From Acidimicrobiales bacterium (GTDB taxonomy: Bacteria > Actinomycetota > Acidimicrobiia > Acidimicrobiales > Aldehydirespiratoraceae): a DNA stretch of 64,000 nt. The stretch covers positions 1,400,880 through 1,464,879 of the forward strand of contig OY730477.1 of the NCBI GenBank assembly GCA_963422745.1, given 5' to 3'. The notes beneath the pieces are model-generated. The model ran no database searches. It saw nothing but the letters and a program-made list of their open reading frames with translations, and was not told the DNA's origin. This document shows positions 18,562 to 28,256 of this stretch, piece by piece (positions within the stretch are counted from its first letter, which is position 1; every line of letters begins with the position of its first letter). The translations under genes were made by a program, and so were the position numbers.

Positions 18562-20328
18562 ATGGAACCAGTTGATCTATCCACCTGCATGCGCACCGAC
18601 ATGTGCGGGCTCCTAACAGCCGCGGACATCAAGCGGAGTGTCACCGTATGCGGATGGGTGGATCGCCGTCGTGAGCACGGTGAGCACCTCGCCTTCATTG
18701 ATGTGCGTGACTACACAGGTGTGGTGCAATGCGTCGTCAACCGCAGCCACGACCTGCGCAGCGAGTACGTGGTGCGCATGAAAGGCACGGTTCGCCTGAG
18801 ACCCCCCGACACCGCCAACCCCACCCTCGCAACCGGTGAGATCGAGATTGACGTCACCGGTATTGAGATCCTGGACCGTGCCGAACCTCCGCCGTTCCCG
18901 CTTGATGACCGCAGCGAGGTGGACGAGACGATCCGGCTTAGTCATCGCTATGTCGATCTGCGCAGAAAACGACTACAACACAACCTGAGGTGCCGGGCTG
19001 TGGTCAACAGCGCCATCCGGCGAGGCATGCAGGAGCAGGGTTTCGTTGAAATCGAAACACCAATGCTCGTTGCGTCCACCCCTGAAGGGGCCAGGGACTT
19101 TGTGGTTCCTTCTCGCAAAGAACCCGGCTCGTTCTATGCGCTTCCCCAGAGCCCCCAGCTGTTCAAGCAGATGTGCATGGTTGGCGGCATCGACCGCTAC
19201 TACCAGATCGCCAGATGCTTACGTGACGAGGACCTACGTGCTGATCGACAGTTCGAGTTCATGCAACTCGACGCCGAGATGAGCTTCGTCGACCGTGAAG
19301 ATGTATTCGCTGCCATCTCGTTCGCCGTGGGCTGCGCGGTCCACGCCGTGACAAGTGAGCGGCCCACGAAGTTCTCGAGGATTTCCTGGTTCGACGCCAT
19401 GGAACGCTACGGCACCGACAAGCCCGACGTCCGTTTCGGAATGGAACTCGTTGAACTTACGCCGATCCTGCAGAGCACCAAAGCCCGCGTCTTGCGCGCT
19501 CAGTGTGTCAAAGGCATATGTATGACCGGTGGGGTTGAGGCTCTCAGCCGCAACGAGATTGACGGCTTGGTTGCGCGCTGCAAGCGTTGGGGTGCCAAGG
19601 GTCTGGCCTGGATGAAAGTCGTTGAAGGTAACAGCGAGCCAACCCTTGATGCTGGTGTCGCAAAGTTCCTTACAGGTAGCGAGTCGACGGCTGTGATAGA
19701 TGCGCTCGGTGCCAAACCCGGGGATCTGATTTTTCTGGTTGCAGACGAACGATCGGTGGTACGCAACGTGCTCGGTTTGCTGCGACTGGAACTCGGTCGT
19801 CCACCACTCACTGAGGGCGGTCTTTGCTTTGTGTGGGTGATCGATTTTCCACTCTTTGAAGCATTGGGTGACGATGGGCTGCCTGTGCCCTCGCATCATC
19901 CGTTCACTATGCCCCACATTGACGACCTTGCCATGCTTGAAGCCGCTGGTTCGGACCTGTTGAAGGTGAGGTCCCAGGCCTACGACCTGGTTCTCAACGG
20001 TTGGGAACTCGGGTCGGGTTCGATTCGGATCAACCGCGGCAGTATCCAAACACGCGTCTTTGAGTTGCTCGGCATATCCGCACCAACAGCGCGGGCCAGG
20101 TTCGGCTTCCTTCTGGACGCCTTCCGGTACGGCGTGCCGCCCCACGGCGGGTTTGCCTTCGGCATTGATCGTTTGACCGCCTTGTTGGTGGGTGAAACCA
20201 ATATCCGCGAGGTCATCGCCTTCCCCAAGACCCAGTCCGGCGCCGATCCGCTCACCAACGCACCTTCAACGCTCGAACCGCAGCACCTCAACGAACTCGG
20301 ACTTCGGGTACTGCCAACGGTGTCGTGA
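18562..20328 (+). CDS. aspS: aspartate--tRNA ligase
   Basis: GWVDRRREHGEHLAFIDVRDYTGVVQCV (OB domain), FYALPQSPQLFKQ, RCLRDEDLRADRQFEFMQLD, and GGFAFGIDRL motif 3. Confidence 0.96.
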   Translation: MEPVDLSTCMRTDMCGLLTAADIKRSVTVCGWVDRRREHGEHLAFIDVRDYTGVVQCVVNRSHDLRSEYVVRMKGTVRLRPPDTANPTLATGEIEIDVTGIEILDRAEPPPFPLDDRSEVDETIRLSHRYVDLRRKRLQHNLRCRAVVNSAIRRGMQEQGFVEIETPMLVASTPEGARDFVVPSRKEPGSFYALPQSPQLFKQMCMVGGIDRYYQIARCLRDEDLRADRQFEFMQLDAEMSFVDREDVFAAISFAVGCAVHAVTSERPTKFSRISWFDAMERYGTDKPDVRFGMELVELTPILQSTKARVLRAQCVKGICMTGGVEALSRNEIDGLVARCKRWGAKGLAWMKVVEGNSEPTLDAGVAKFLTGSESTAVIDALGAKPGDLIFLVADERSVVRNVLGLLRLELGRPPLTEGGLCFVWVIDFPLFEALGDDGLPVPSHHPFTMPHIDDLAMLEAAGSDLLKVRSQAYDLVLNGWELGSGSIRINRGSIQTRVFELLGISAPTARARFGFLLDAFRYGVPPHGGFAFGIDRLTALLVGETNIREVIAFPKTQSGADPLTNAPSTLEPQHLNELGLRVLPTVS

Positions 20329-20750
20329 CGATGTCCGGTTCTGAACTCGCAAGTATCATCGTGACAATCGTCTGCCTTGCTGTCGTGGTGGTGTTGGTGC
20401 TGGCGGTACAGGCACTGATTCGCACACTGCGCGAACTGCGACTCACAGTTGAAGAGCTGAGATCCACCACGTTGCCGATGGTCGGCGATCTGCACGCCAC
20501 CGTCAACCAAGCTCAGCAGGAACTCCAACGTGTTGACACGGTGATTGGCAACGCCGAACGAATTACCTCAACTGTGGATGTGGTGGGTCGGCTCACTCAC
20601 AAGGTGATGGCACCTCCGCTGATCAAGGTGTTGGCAGTTGCCAAGGGTGTGACCGGTGCCCGGCGCAGGCTTTCGCGACCGTCGACCGGGGAGGATCGCA
20701 GCATCCAAAGACCGCGCCGTGTAATCGAAGCTAGTGAGCAGCGTAGATGA
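20325..20750 (+). CDS. small membrane-anchored coiled-coil protein (DUF948-like)
   Basis: An N-terminal TM helix (IIVTIVCLAVVVVLVLAV) followed by a helical region, as in DUF948 proteins found upstream of alaS in actinobacteria (from memory). The start overlaps the aspS stop. ATG 20331 is an alternative start. Confidence 0.65.
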   Translation: MTMSGSELASIIVTIVCLAVVVVLVLAVQALIRTLRELRLTVEELRSTTLPMVGDLHATVNQAQQELQRVDTVIGNAERITSTVDVVGRLTHKVMAPPLIKVLAVAKGVTGARRRLSRPSTGEDRSIQRPRRVIEASEQRR

Positions 20751-21097
20751 GGCGCACCTTCTGGGCAGGGCTTGGTTACGTGTTTGGGGTGCTCAGCATG
20801 ATCTACGCCCAAAAGCGGATCCGGCGAGTTGTCAACAAACTGCCCCAGCGGAACCTACCGCCCGGCGTGTCAGCCATTCGAACTGGGTTCGTGTTGAATG
20901 CCCGGTCCGTTATCGATCGCGCAAAGGCCACAGTCGTTGAGTTGCGGGACGCGGCCACCGAGGGTGTCGACACGATGCGGCTTGCCAACACGGACCTGCG
21001 GGCTGAGTTCGATCCGGATCCGAACCTGCATCGTGGACCCGCCAGAGGTCTGGGTAGCAAACCCGACAGCTCCGGCGGTTTCAGGCCGCGGCACTGA
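20747..21097 (+). CDS. small membrane protein, function unknown
   Basis: ATGA overlap with the preceding ORF, and one N-terminal TM helix (FWAGLGYVFGVLSMIYA). No motif recognised. Confidence 0.55.
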   Translation: MRRTFWAGLGYVFGVLSMIYAQKRIRRVVNKLPQRNLPPGVSAIRTGFVLNARSVIDRAKATVVELRDAATEGVDTMRLANTDLRAEFDPDPNLHRGPARGLGSKPDSSGGFRPRH

Positions 21098-21143
21098 TTA
21101 GTGCTCATTGAGCTGTCGGGCTGCCGGTAGGATTGGCTCGTTC

Positions 21144-23705
21144 ATGAAGGCCAATGAGCTGCGCACGGCGTTCACCGAGTTCTTCGTCCGCCACGGGCAT
21201 GTCCATCGCCCGTCCGCGTCGCTGATTCCCCACGATCCCACTTTGTTGTTCACGGTGGCTGGCATGGTCCCATTCAAGAACTACCTCACCGGCGACGAAC
21301 CGGCACCATGGCCGCGAGCGGTGTCCGTCCAAAAGTGTGTGCGTGCGGGCGGCAAACACAACGACTTGGACGAGATAGGCCGCACTGCCCGCCATCTCAC
21401 GTTCTTTGAGATGCTCGGCAATTTCAGCTTCGGCGACTATTTCAAGCAGGACGCGATTGGTTGGGCATGGGAGTTCGTCACCGATGTGATGGCGCTCGAA
21501 CCGGATCGGCTCTGGGTGACGGTGCATCACAGCGACGACGAAGCGGCCGACATTTGGCGTCGCCATGTTGGTGTTGCACCAGAACGGATCCAGCGCCTCG
21601 GTGAAGACAACTATTGGAGAATGGCCGACACCGGTCCGTGTGGACCGTGCACGGAGATCTTCTATGACCAGGGTCGCGCCTATGGCCCCGACGGTGGCCC
21701 CAAGCATGGTGGACAAGAGCGCTTCTTGGAGTTCTGGAACCTGGTGTTCATGCAGTTCGAGCAGCACGATGATGGCTCGTTGACGCCTCTGCCCAAACCC
21801 TCCATCGATACAGGGCTGGGTCTGGAACGCACCGTGTCGTTGCTGCAGGGGGTCGATTCGGTTTGGGAGACCAACGAGCTGAGTTCTTTGCTGCGAACCG
21901 CCTCGGAGTTCAGCGGTGTCGATCCCGACCCCACCGAAACCGATAAGCTCGTCTCGCTTCGGATACTGGCCGACCACGCCCGGTCCACGTCATTGCTCGT
22001 TAGCGACGGGGTGTTTCCCTCCAACGAGGCACGTGGCTACGTACTGCGGCGAATTCTGCGCAGAGCTGTGCGTCATGCCCACATTCTCGGCGTCGGCGAG
22101 CCGGTAATGGGATCAATGGTTGACGCGGTGGTTGAGACGATGCGAGATGCCTACCCCGAGCTGGTGACGAACCACGGTTTCGTACGCGAGGTGATCAACC
22201 GGGAGGAGGTCCGTTTCCGTGAGACGCTCCGCGCCGGGCAGGCGATCGTTGATCGCGAACTGGCCTCGCTGGCTGCGGGTCAGCCACTCGCCGGTGACAC
22301 CGCCTTCATGCTGCACGACACCTACGGGTTCCCGCTCGAGTTAACTGCCGAGATCGCCAGCGAACTCGGTGTTGCGGTGGATGTTGCCGGATTCGCAGTT
22401 GCGATGGACGCGCAACAAAAGCGGGCCAAAGCAGCTCGCAGGGTGCACGACACCGGTTTCAGCGAACTCGTTGGTGTTCTTGAACGCCACGGCGCAACCG
22501 AGTTCACCGGTCGGGCTGAGGTGAGCTCCACCGGCACAGTCCTGTATGTGAACGACGACATCGTCGTATTGGACCGCACGCCGTTCTACGCAGAAAGCGG
22601 GGGTCAGATCGGCGATACTGGAACCATCTCTACTGCCACCGCAACGGCGCACATTTCCGATTGCCGTTACGGCATCACCGGTGTGCATATTCACGATCTG
22701 GAATCCGTTGAGGGTCGTATTGAGGTCGGTCAACAAGCCACGGCCACCATTGACAACGAACGGCGGGCCGCTATCCGTCGCAGCCACACCGGCACTCACA
22801 TACTGCACTGGGCGCTGCGAACCGTGCTTGGACAACACGTCAAGCAGCAGGGATCCGCGGTCGGCCCTGACCGGCTTCGCTTCGATTTCAGCCATTACGA
22901 AGCGTTAACAGCCGTTGAGATCGCCGAGGTCGAAGATCTCGTCAACGCCGAAGTGTTGAGCAACGCCAACTGCCGCCATTTCGAAACCACCATGGACCAC
23001 GCCATGCAACTAGGTGCCATAGCATTCTTCGGCGATCGTTACGGCCACAACGTCCGCGTGCTCGAGGCGGGCGAGAACTCCGTGGAGCTATGCGGCGGCA
23101 CCCACGTTCGAGCGCTTGGTGACATCGGTCACATGCACATTGTCACAGAAAGCTCGATCGGCTCCAATATCCGTCGTTTGACCGCTGTGACAGGCATGCA
23201 AACTGTGGAACTCCTGCGTGAAACCGCCGCAACAGCGGCCGCCGCGGCCGCTGAACTCAACGTTACGGTCGACGAACTTCCGGTAGGCATTGATCGGCTC
23301 CGAGGCGAACTCAAGGTCCTGCGCAACGAGGTATCAGCTCTCAAACGACGGCTTGCCAAACAGCAGGCATCAGCCCTGGCTGCCGATGCGGTCAACGGCG
23401 TCGTGGTAGCCCAAGTCGACGGCGTAGACCGCGATGGCTTACGGGACCTGGCGGTGTCGGTTCGTGATCTGCCCGGCGTGCGGGCTGTCGTGTTGGGTTC
23501 CGGGCTTGAAGGTGCCGGAGCGGTGCTGGTTGCAGCCGTGACGCCCGGCAGCGGCCTCAACGCCGGGTACCTCATCTCCGACGCAAAGCGGACCATTGGT
23601 GGAGGAGGCCGTGCCGCGGCCGATCTGGCCATGGCCGGGGGGAGGTTGCCCGAACAGCTCGGCGTGGCACTTGAGCAGGTCCGGTCGGCGGCCGGGATTG
23701 TTTGA
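21144..23705 (+). CDS. alaS: alanine--tRNA ligase
   Basis: MKANELRTAFTEFFVRHGH start, FTVAGMVPFK, FFEMLGNFSFGDYFK, and the editing-domain motifs HTGTHILHWAL and CGGTHV. ATG 21144 has GGTAGGA upstream. The track ORF starts at 21108. Confidence 0.96.
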   Translation: MKANELRTAFTEFFVRHGHVHRPSASLIPHDPTLLFTVAGMVPFKNYLTGDEPAPWPRAVSVQKCVRAGGKHNDLDEIGRTARHLTFFEMLGNFSFGDYFKQDAIGWAWEFVTDVMALEPDRLWVTVHHSDDEAADIWRRHVGVAPERIQRLGEDNYWRMADTGPCGPCTEIFYDQGRAYGPDGGPKHGGQERFLEFWNLVFMQFEQHDDGSLTPLPKPSIDTGLGLERTVSLLQGVDSVWETNELSSLLRTASEFSGVDPDPTETDKLVSLRILADHARSTSLLVSDGVFPSNEARGYVLRRILRRAVRHAHILGVGEPVMGSMVDAVVETMRDAYPELVTNHGFVREVINREEVRFRETLRAGQAIVDRELASLAAGQPLAGDTAFMLHDTYGFPLELTAEIASELGVAVDVAGFAVAMDAQQKRAKAARRVHDTGFSELVGVLERHGATEFTGRAEVSSTGTVLYVNDDIVVLDRTPFYAESGGQIGDTGTISTATATAHISDCRYGITGVHIHDLESVEGRIEVGQQATATIDNERRAAIRRSHTGTHILHWALRTVLGQHVKQQGSAVGPDRLRFDFSHYEALTAVEIAEVEDLVNAEVLSNANCRHFETTMDHAMQLGAIAFFGDRYGHNVRVLEAGENSVELCGGTHVRALGDIGHMHIVTESSIGSNIRRLTAVTGMQTVELLRETAATAAAAAAELNVTVDELPVGIDRLRGELKVLRNEVSALKRRLAKQQASALAADAVNGVVVAQVDGVDRDGLRDLAVSVRDLPGVRAVVLGSGLEGAGAVLVAAVTPGSGLNAGYLISDAKRTIGGGGRAAADLAMAGGRLPEQLGVALEQVRSAAGIV

Positions 23706-23706
23706 G

Positions 23707-24150
23707 ATGCGCGCATTGGGAATCGACCTGGGCTCCAAACGCATCGGCATCGCTTTAGCCGACACCCACGGCACGGTTGCCACACCCGTGGATACCGTCT
23801 TGCGCAGCGGCGACAGGCGAAGCGAACACGCCCGCATCGCCGAGCTCGTCAGCGAATGGGAAGCAACGATCGCCGTGGTTGGGCTTCCAAAGAGCCTGGA
23901 TGGCTCTATTGGCCTAGCGGCGCAGGCTTGCCTGGCGGAGATCAGGAGTCTGGCTGCCGTCTTGGAGGTGCCAGTCGTTGCCTTCGATGAGCGGTTGACC
24001 ACGGTAACTGCACAGCAACACCTGATACGTCAAGGTCTGCGGGGTGAGCAGCGGCGCAAGGTAATCGATCGGGTCGCCGCTGCCGTTATGCTGCAGAGCT
24101 GGCTTGATGCAGGCTGCCCGCAACCCGGCACTGAGACCGTCGATGGCTGA
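23707..24150 (+). CDS. ruvX: Holliday junction resolvase-like / pre-16S rRNA nuclease RuvX (YqgF)
   Basis: MRALGIDLGSKRIGIALAD start and DERLTTVTAQ. ATG 23707 lies 1 nt after the alaS stop. Confidence 0.9.
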   Translation: MRALGIDLGSKRIGIALADTHGTVATPVDTVLRSGDRRSEHARIAELVSEWEATIAVVGLPKSLDGSIGLAAQACLAEIRSLAAVLEVPVVAFDERLTTVTAQQHLIRQGLRGEQRRKVIDRVAAAVMLQSWLDAGCPQPGTETVDG

Positions 24151-25606
24151 AGGAGGACGGCGCCAGAAACTGGCCGCTTTCTTGACCGGGACGACGGACG
24201 AACCGAGTGAACCGGCAACCGAACCTACACCACCGCTGCGCGACCCTGTGGTTGTTCGCCCAAAAAAGCGTGTGGCACGACCTGTCAGCTCGGTTCAAAC
24301 CCCGGCTCCCAGGACGGTTCGCTCCGCTATCGCGACGCCGCCTGCGCTGCCGGATCATCTGGCTCCTCCGGGAGTCGTGATCGTTGCGGCTGTCGACGAT
24401 GACGGCACCGAGTGGGTGCTCGAAGACGACCCTGAGGCGGACCTGATCGTAGATCCCAGATATGAAGAAGAAGACCGGAACTGGGTTCGGTACCGCAGTC
24501 GGTGGGGTGGATTCCTACGACTCGCCGTTCTCATTGTTTTGGTCTTGTGGGGGTTTACTGTAGCGAGGGGCCGCCTTGAGGACTGGGTCGACCGCCAGAT
24601 CACGCCGGAAGGCTCATTAGGCCCGACCGTTGAGTTCACGATTCACGACGGCGAAACCACAAACGGTGTTGCCACTGCCTTGGAGAACGCCAATATCATC
24701 AGCAACTCCACCGTTTTTCGTTACTGGTTGCGTTGCGACGGCGACCTCACATGGCGGTTCCTGAGCTGCAGCAACGACAGGGTCTTTCATGCTGGAGACT
24801 ACGAGTTACGCGAGAACATGTCGTTCGCGGCCGTTGAGGAACTCCTTGAAGGAGGGCCGATCCCTGTCGTGTACAACACAATCACGATTCCTGAAGGCCT
24901 GCGACTCAACGAGGTCATCGAGCGATTGTTGGCGCTGAACCCCAGTTTCAGGCGTCCGCAGCTCCAAGCTGCGATCAACAACCCAAACCTGGCGTCGGAG
25001 TTCCTTGTCCCAGGCGTCGCAAATGACAAGAGGCTTGAAGGCACCCTGTTCCCATCCACATACGACATCGCCGAAGCTGATCTCGGCGACGAGGCTCGGT
25101 TCCTTAAACGCATGGTTGATACCTTCGACCAAAGGTTCAGCCGACTTCTTGATGACCTCGGTCGAGATCCGGTCATCGCCGAACTCGGGCTCAGCGACTA
25201 TCAGGTCATCGTCATAGCGTCACTCATTGAGGAGGAGGCCAAGACCGATGTCGACCGGCCTTTGATGGCGCGCGCGATCTACAACCGGTTGTCGCAAGAC
25301 ATGCCGCTTCAGATCGATGCATCGGTCTACTACGCGGCAGGCAAGGCATTCACAGAACCTCTATTTCAATCGGACCTGGATTCCGATTCGCCCTACAATA
25401 CTTACATCAACACCGACGTTCCGCCGACGCCTATAGCAGCTCCCGGGGAGAAGGCACTTCGAGCCGCACTTGCCCCGGCCGCGGGTGACTGGCTGTTTTG
25501 GGTGCGTACCGATCACGATGGGGTCATCGGAGCGCACACGTTCTCGACGACCCTTGATGAGCACAACCAGGCGGTTGAGGTCTGTCGCAGACTCCGCTAC
25601 TGCTGA
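24143..25606 (+). CDS. mltG: endolytic murein transglycosylase MltG (YceG-like)
   Basis: Disordered N-terminus, one TM helix, then YceG motifs (ASLIEEEAK, YNTYINTDVPPTPIAAPG). ATG 24143 overlaps the ruvX stop by 8 nt. The track ORF starts at 24104. Confidence 0.88.
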   Translation: MAEGGRRQKLAAFLTGTTDEPSEPATEPTPPLRDPVVVRPKKRVARPVSSVQTPAPRTVRSAIATPPALPDHLAPPGVVIVAAVDDDGTEWVLEDDPEADLIVDPRYEEEDRNWVRYRSRWGGFLRLAVLIVLVLWGFTVARGRLEDWVDRQITPEGSLGPTVEFTIHDGETTNGVATALENANIISNSTVFRYWLRCDGDLTWRFLSCSNDRVFHAGDYELRENMSFAAVEELLEGGPIPVVYNTITIPEGLRLNEVIERLLALNPSFRRPQLQAAINNPNLASEFLVPGVANDKRLEGTLFPSTYDIAEADLGDEARFLKRMVDTFDQRFSRLLDDLGRDPVIAELGLSDYQVIVIASLIEEEAKTDVDRPLMARAIYNRLSQDMPLQIDASVYYAAGKAFTEPLFQSDLDSDSPYNTYINTDVPPTPIAAPGEKALRAALAPAAGDWLFWVRTDHDGVIGAHTFSTTLDEHNQAVEVCRRLRYC

Positions 25607-25658
25607 TGACGCAGGGCATTGGGCCTGTTTCGAGCCACCGAAGCAGGGATCGGTAGGC

Positions 25659-26513
25659 ATGGCTATCTCCGCCGCCACCAAGGTGGCTGGTGTGATCGGC
25701 GACCCTGTTGGCCATTCGCTGTCGCCGACTCTGCACAACGCTGCGTTCGCTTCGTTGGGACTCGACTGGGTATATGTCGCATTCGCGGTACCCGCGGGCC
25801 GCGCTGCGCAAGTCCCCGACACAATGCGTCTATTGGGGATCATTGGGTTGTCTGTCACGATGCCGCACAAACAATCCGTGGCCAAAGCTGCCGACAAGCG
25901 AACCGTGGAAGCCGCCGCTTCGAACGCAGCCAACACCTTGACGCTTGGCGAAGACGGCACGGTCACGGCCCACAATACCGACGGTCCGGGATTCCTTGCC
26001 GGCCTGCGCCGGGAACTGGGTTTCGATGTCGAAGGTCGTCGGATCGCGATGATCGGCGCGGGTGGGGCTTCTAGGGCGGTGATCGATTCGGTGGTACGCG
26101 CCGGTGCCGCCGAGGTAGTGGTTCTCAATCGCAGCGCCGAGCGCGGCAAATCCGCAGCCGCAGTTGCCGGTGGGGTTGGTCGGGTCGGCCGAATCGAGGA
26201 TCTCAGCAACGTAGATATCGTGGTCAACGCCACACCTGTCGGCATGGCCGGTCGTCCGGGCCTCCCGGTTCCGGCTGGTGTCGTCGGTTCCGGTCAGGTG
26301 GCCGTCGATTTGGTGTACCGGCGCGAACCGACCGCTTGGCTTCGTGTATGCGCTGAGCATGGTGCGTTGGTGCTTGACGGTTTGCCGATGCTGGTGCATC
26401 AAGCGGCAGAACAGGTCAAGGTGTGGACAAACTGCGATGCACCGATCGATGCAATGACACGAGCCATTGCCGAGCGCTTGGAGCCCGGCTCGGCGTTGCG
26501 GTCCGATCTATGA
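25659..26513 (+). CDS. aroE: shikimate dehydrogenase
   Basis: GVIGDPVGHSLSPTLHNAAF, SVTMPHKQ, NTDGPGF and IGAGGASRAV. ATG 25659 is preceded by GGTAGG. The track ORF from 25470 overlaps mltG. Confidence 0.9.
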   Translation: MAISAATKVAGVIGDPVGHSLSPTLHNAAFASLGLDWVYVAFAVPAGRAAQVPDTMRLLGIIGLSVTMPHKQSVAKAADKRTVEAAASNAANTLTLGEDGTVTAHNTDGPGFLAGLRRELGFDVEGRRIAMIGAGGASRAVIDSVVRAGAAEVVVLNRSAERGKSAAAVAGGVGRVGRIEDLSNVDIVVNATPVGMAGRPGLPVPAGVVGSGQVAVDLVYRREPTAWLRVCAEHGALVLDGLPMLVHQAAEQVKVWTNCDAPIDAMTRAIAERLEPGSALRSDL

Positions 26514-26526
26514 CCAGGTCCGGTTT

Positions 26527-27078
26527 ATGGCTATAGGTGTTGCAGCGGCGGCCGAGTCAATGTGGGTCTGGATTCCGATGGTTGTTCTGATCGTTGCGAT
26601 CGTGACGCTTTCGACGATCGACGTGCTCACATACCGTTTACCGGATCGGATCGTCTTCACGTCGCTGTTGATATCGTTCCCTGCGATCGCGGCGGCGGCC
26701 TTGGCAATGGGCCGTCCTGGAGCTGTAGGTCAAGCAGTGGCCGGAATGATTGCCTACTTCTTGTTGTTGCTGGTTGCTCATCTCATCTCACCTGCGGGGC
26801 TTGGTTTCGGCGACGTCAAGTTCGCCTTGTTGTTGGGTTTGCATCTGGGATGGGTGGCGGGTTCGCAGCACTCGGGTTTGGCTCCGGTGATCCGTGTTGT
26901 GCTGTATGCGTTGGTTGTGGGGTGCGCGTTGGGTGTCGTCAGCGGCTTGGTGTCTGCGGTTGTGCACACGCTGCGTGGTCGTGTCGGTGCGGTGTCGTTG
27001 TCAGCTCGGAGCTTTCCTTTCGGTCCGGCGCTCGGGGCGGGAACACTGATCGTGATCTTCTTCGGCGACGCCATCTAA
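26527..27078 (+). CDS. A24-family prepilin peptidase-like membrane protease
   Basis: Polytopic membrane protein with the two aspartate motifs (STIDVLTYRLPD and GLGFGDVKFALLLG). There is no methyltransferase domain. Confidence 0.8.
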   Translation: MAIGVAAAAESMWVWIPMVVLIVAIVTLSTIDVLTYRLPDRIVFTSLLISFPAIAAAALAMGRPGAVGQAVAGMIAYFLLLLVAHLISPAGLGFGDVKFALLLGLHLGWVAGSQHSGLAPVIRVVLYALVVGCALGVVSGLVSAVVHTLRGRVGAVSLSARSFPFGPALGAGTLIVIFFGDAI

Positions 27079-27164
27079 GCCGGATCAGTGTCGCGGTCGA
27101 ACCATTTGGTTGGTTTAGAATGCTTGTGATCGTTGTGATAGTTGCAGGCGGCGCCCGCCGTTAG

Positions 27165-28256
27165 GTGTTGCTGGTATCGCTAGGTGTTGGCGGTATCCTC
27201 GCTCGGATGCAACGGGTCGAGGTGGAGCTGGCCCACCGGGGCTACCCGGTTCTGGTTGGCTGGGGTGCACGCCATGAGCTAGCAACCGTGCTTGGCGACG
27301 ACGTTGATCGTGTGGCTGTCATCACCCAGGCGAACATTCCTTGGACCGTGGACCCGGATCGTCAGCACGTCACGATCACTATCCCAGACTCCGAACAGGC
27401 TGCCAAAAGGCTCTGTGTCATTGAGGATGTGTGCAGCGCAATGGCATCAGCGGGTATAACCCGCGCCGATGCGGTGGTTGTCGTCGGTGGAGGGGTGGTG
27501 ACCGATGTCGGTGGTTTTGCCGCGGCCGTCTATCACCGAGGTATACGGCTCGTGTCCGTAGCCACGACTTTGTTGTCTCAGGTTGATGCCGCGATCGGGG
27601 GAAAGACCGGCGTAAACCTCAACGAAGGCAAGAACCTTGTTGGTTCTTTCTGGCAACCATCCGCTGTTCTTTGCGATACCGCAACCCTGGCCACCCTGCC
27701 CGAAGATGAGTTCCGGTGCGGTATCGGCGAGTTGGCCAAGTATCACTTCGTGCGTGGCGAAAGCTTCGCCGAGGCGAGCCTGGAGCGCCTCGAAAGCCAT
27801 CCATTGCAGTTTGATTCAGCGGAAATGGAATTGATAGTGGCGGCGGGTGTACGAACCAAAGCCGAGCTGGTAGCGGCCGACGAACGCGAAGGCGGGCGAC
27901 GCGTGCTGCTCAACTACGGCCACACCCTGGCACACGCAATCGAGACCGTCGGCGGCTACGGGCTTCGCCACGGCGAGGCGGTGGCGATAGGTATCGCCTA
28001 CGCCGCCGAAGTGGCACACAGGCTGGGCCGCATCGGCGACGATCGCCTAGCTGAGCATTACAGGGTGCTTGCTGCTTATCGCCTGTCAACGATCCTTCCC
28101 GCCGGGCTCGGCGACGATGACCTGCTCGCCCTGTTCGCCCGCGACAAGAAGGCGGTGCAGGGAATTACGCTTGTTCTTGATGGTCCCAACGGTCTCGAAC
28201 CGGTCGTCGGGGTAGACCCCAGGATTCTGCGAGATTGCCTGGCGGTGTTGCGGTGA
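27165..28256 (+). CDS. aroB: 3-dehydroquinate synthase
   Basis: VVVGGGVVTDVGGFAAAVYHRGI, GGKTGVNL and LNYGHTLAHAIE metal-site motifs. ATG 27207 (MQRVEVEL...) is a plausible alternative start. Confidence 0.9.
   Translation: MLLVSLGVGGILARMQRVEVELAHRGYPVLVGWGARHELATVLGDDVDRVAVITQANIPWTVDPDRQHVTITIPDSEQAAKRLCVIEDVCSAMASAGITRADAVVVVGGGVVTDVGGFAAAVYHRGIRLVSVATTLLSQVDAAIGGKTGVNLNEGKNLVGSFWQPSAVLCDTATLATLPEDEFRCGIGELAKYHFVRGESFAEASLERLESHPLQFDSAEMELIVAAGVRTKAELVAADEREGGRRVLLNYGHTLAHAIETVGGYGLRHGEAVAIGIAYAAEVAHRLGRIGDDRLAEHYRVLAAYRLSTILPAGLGDDDLLALFARDKKAVQGITLVLDGPNGLEPVVGVDPRILRDCLAVLR

Noticed and set aside
21105-21977. Long antisense ORFs opposite well-supported genes, e.g. 21105..21977(-), 550..1239(-), 19234..20145(-), 25361..26245(-), 33123..33851(-), 43311..44480(-) and 62460..63101(+)
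   Set aside because: This is typical high-GC stop-codon depletion. Each lies fully inside a gene with unmistakable family motifs on the other strand. Their translations are Arg/Pro/Ser/Gly-rich with no recognisable domains.
26562-27164. 200-aa ORF in an alternative frame over the prepilin peptidase gene
   Set aside because: It is a Gly/Arg/Cys-rich translation with no motif. The overlapping frame (26527..27078) carries both A24 aspartate motifs and a coherent TM profile.
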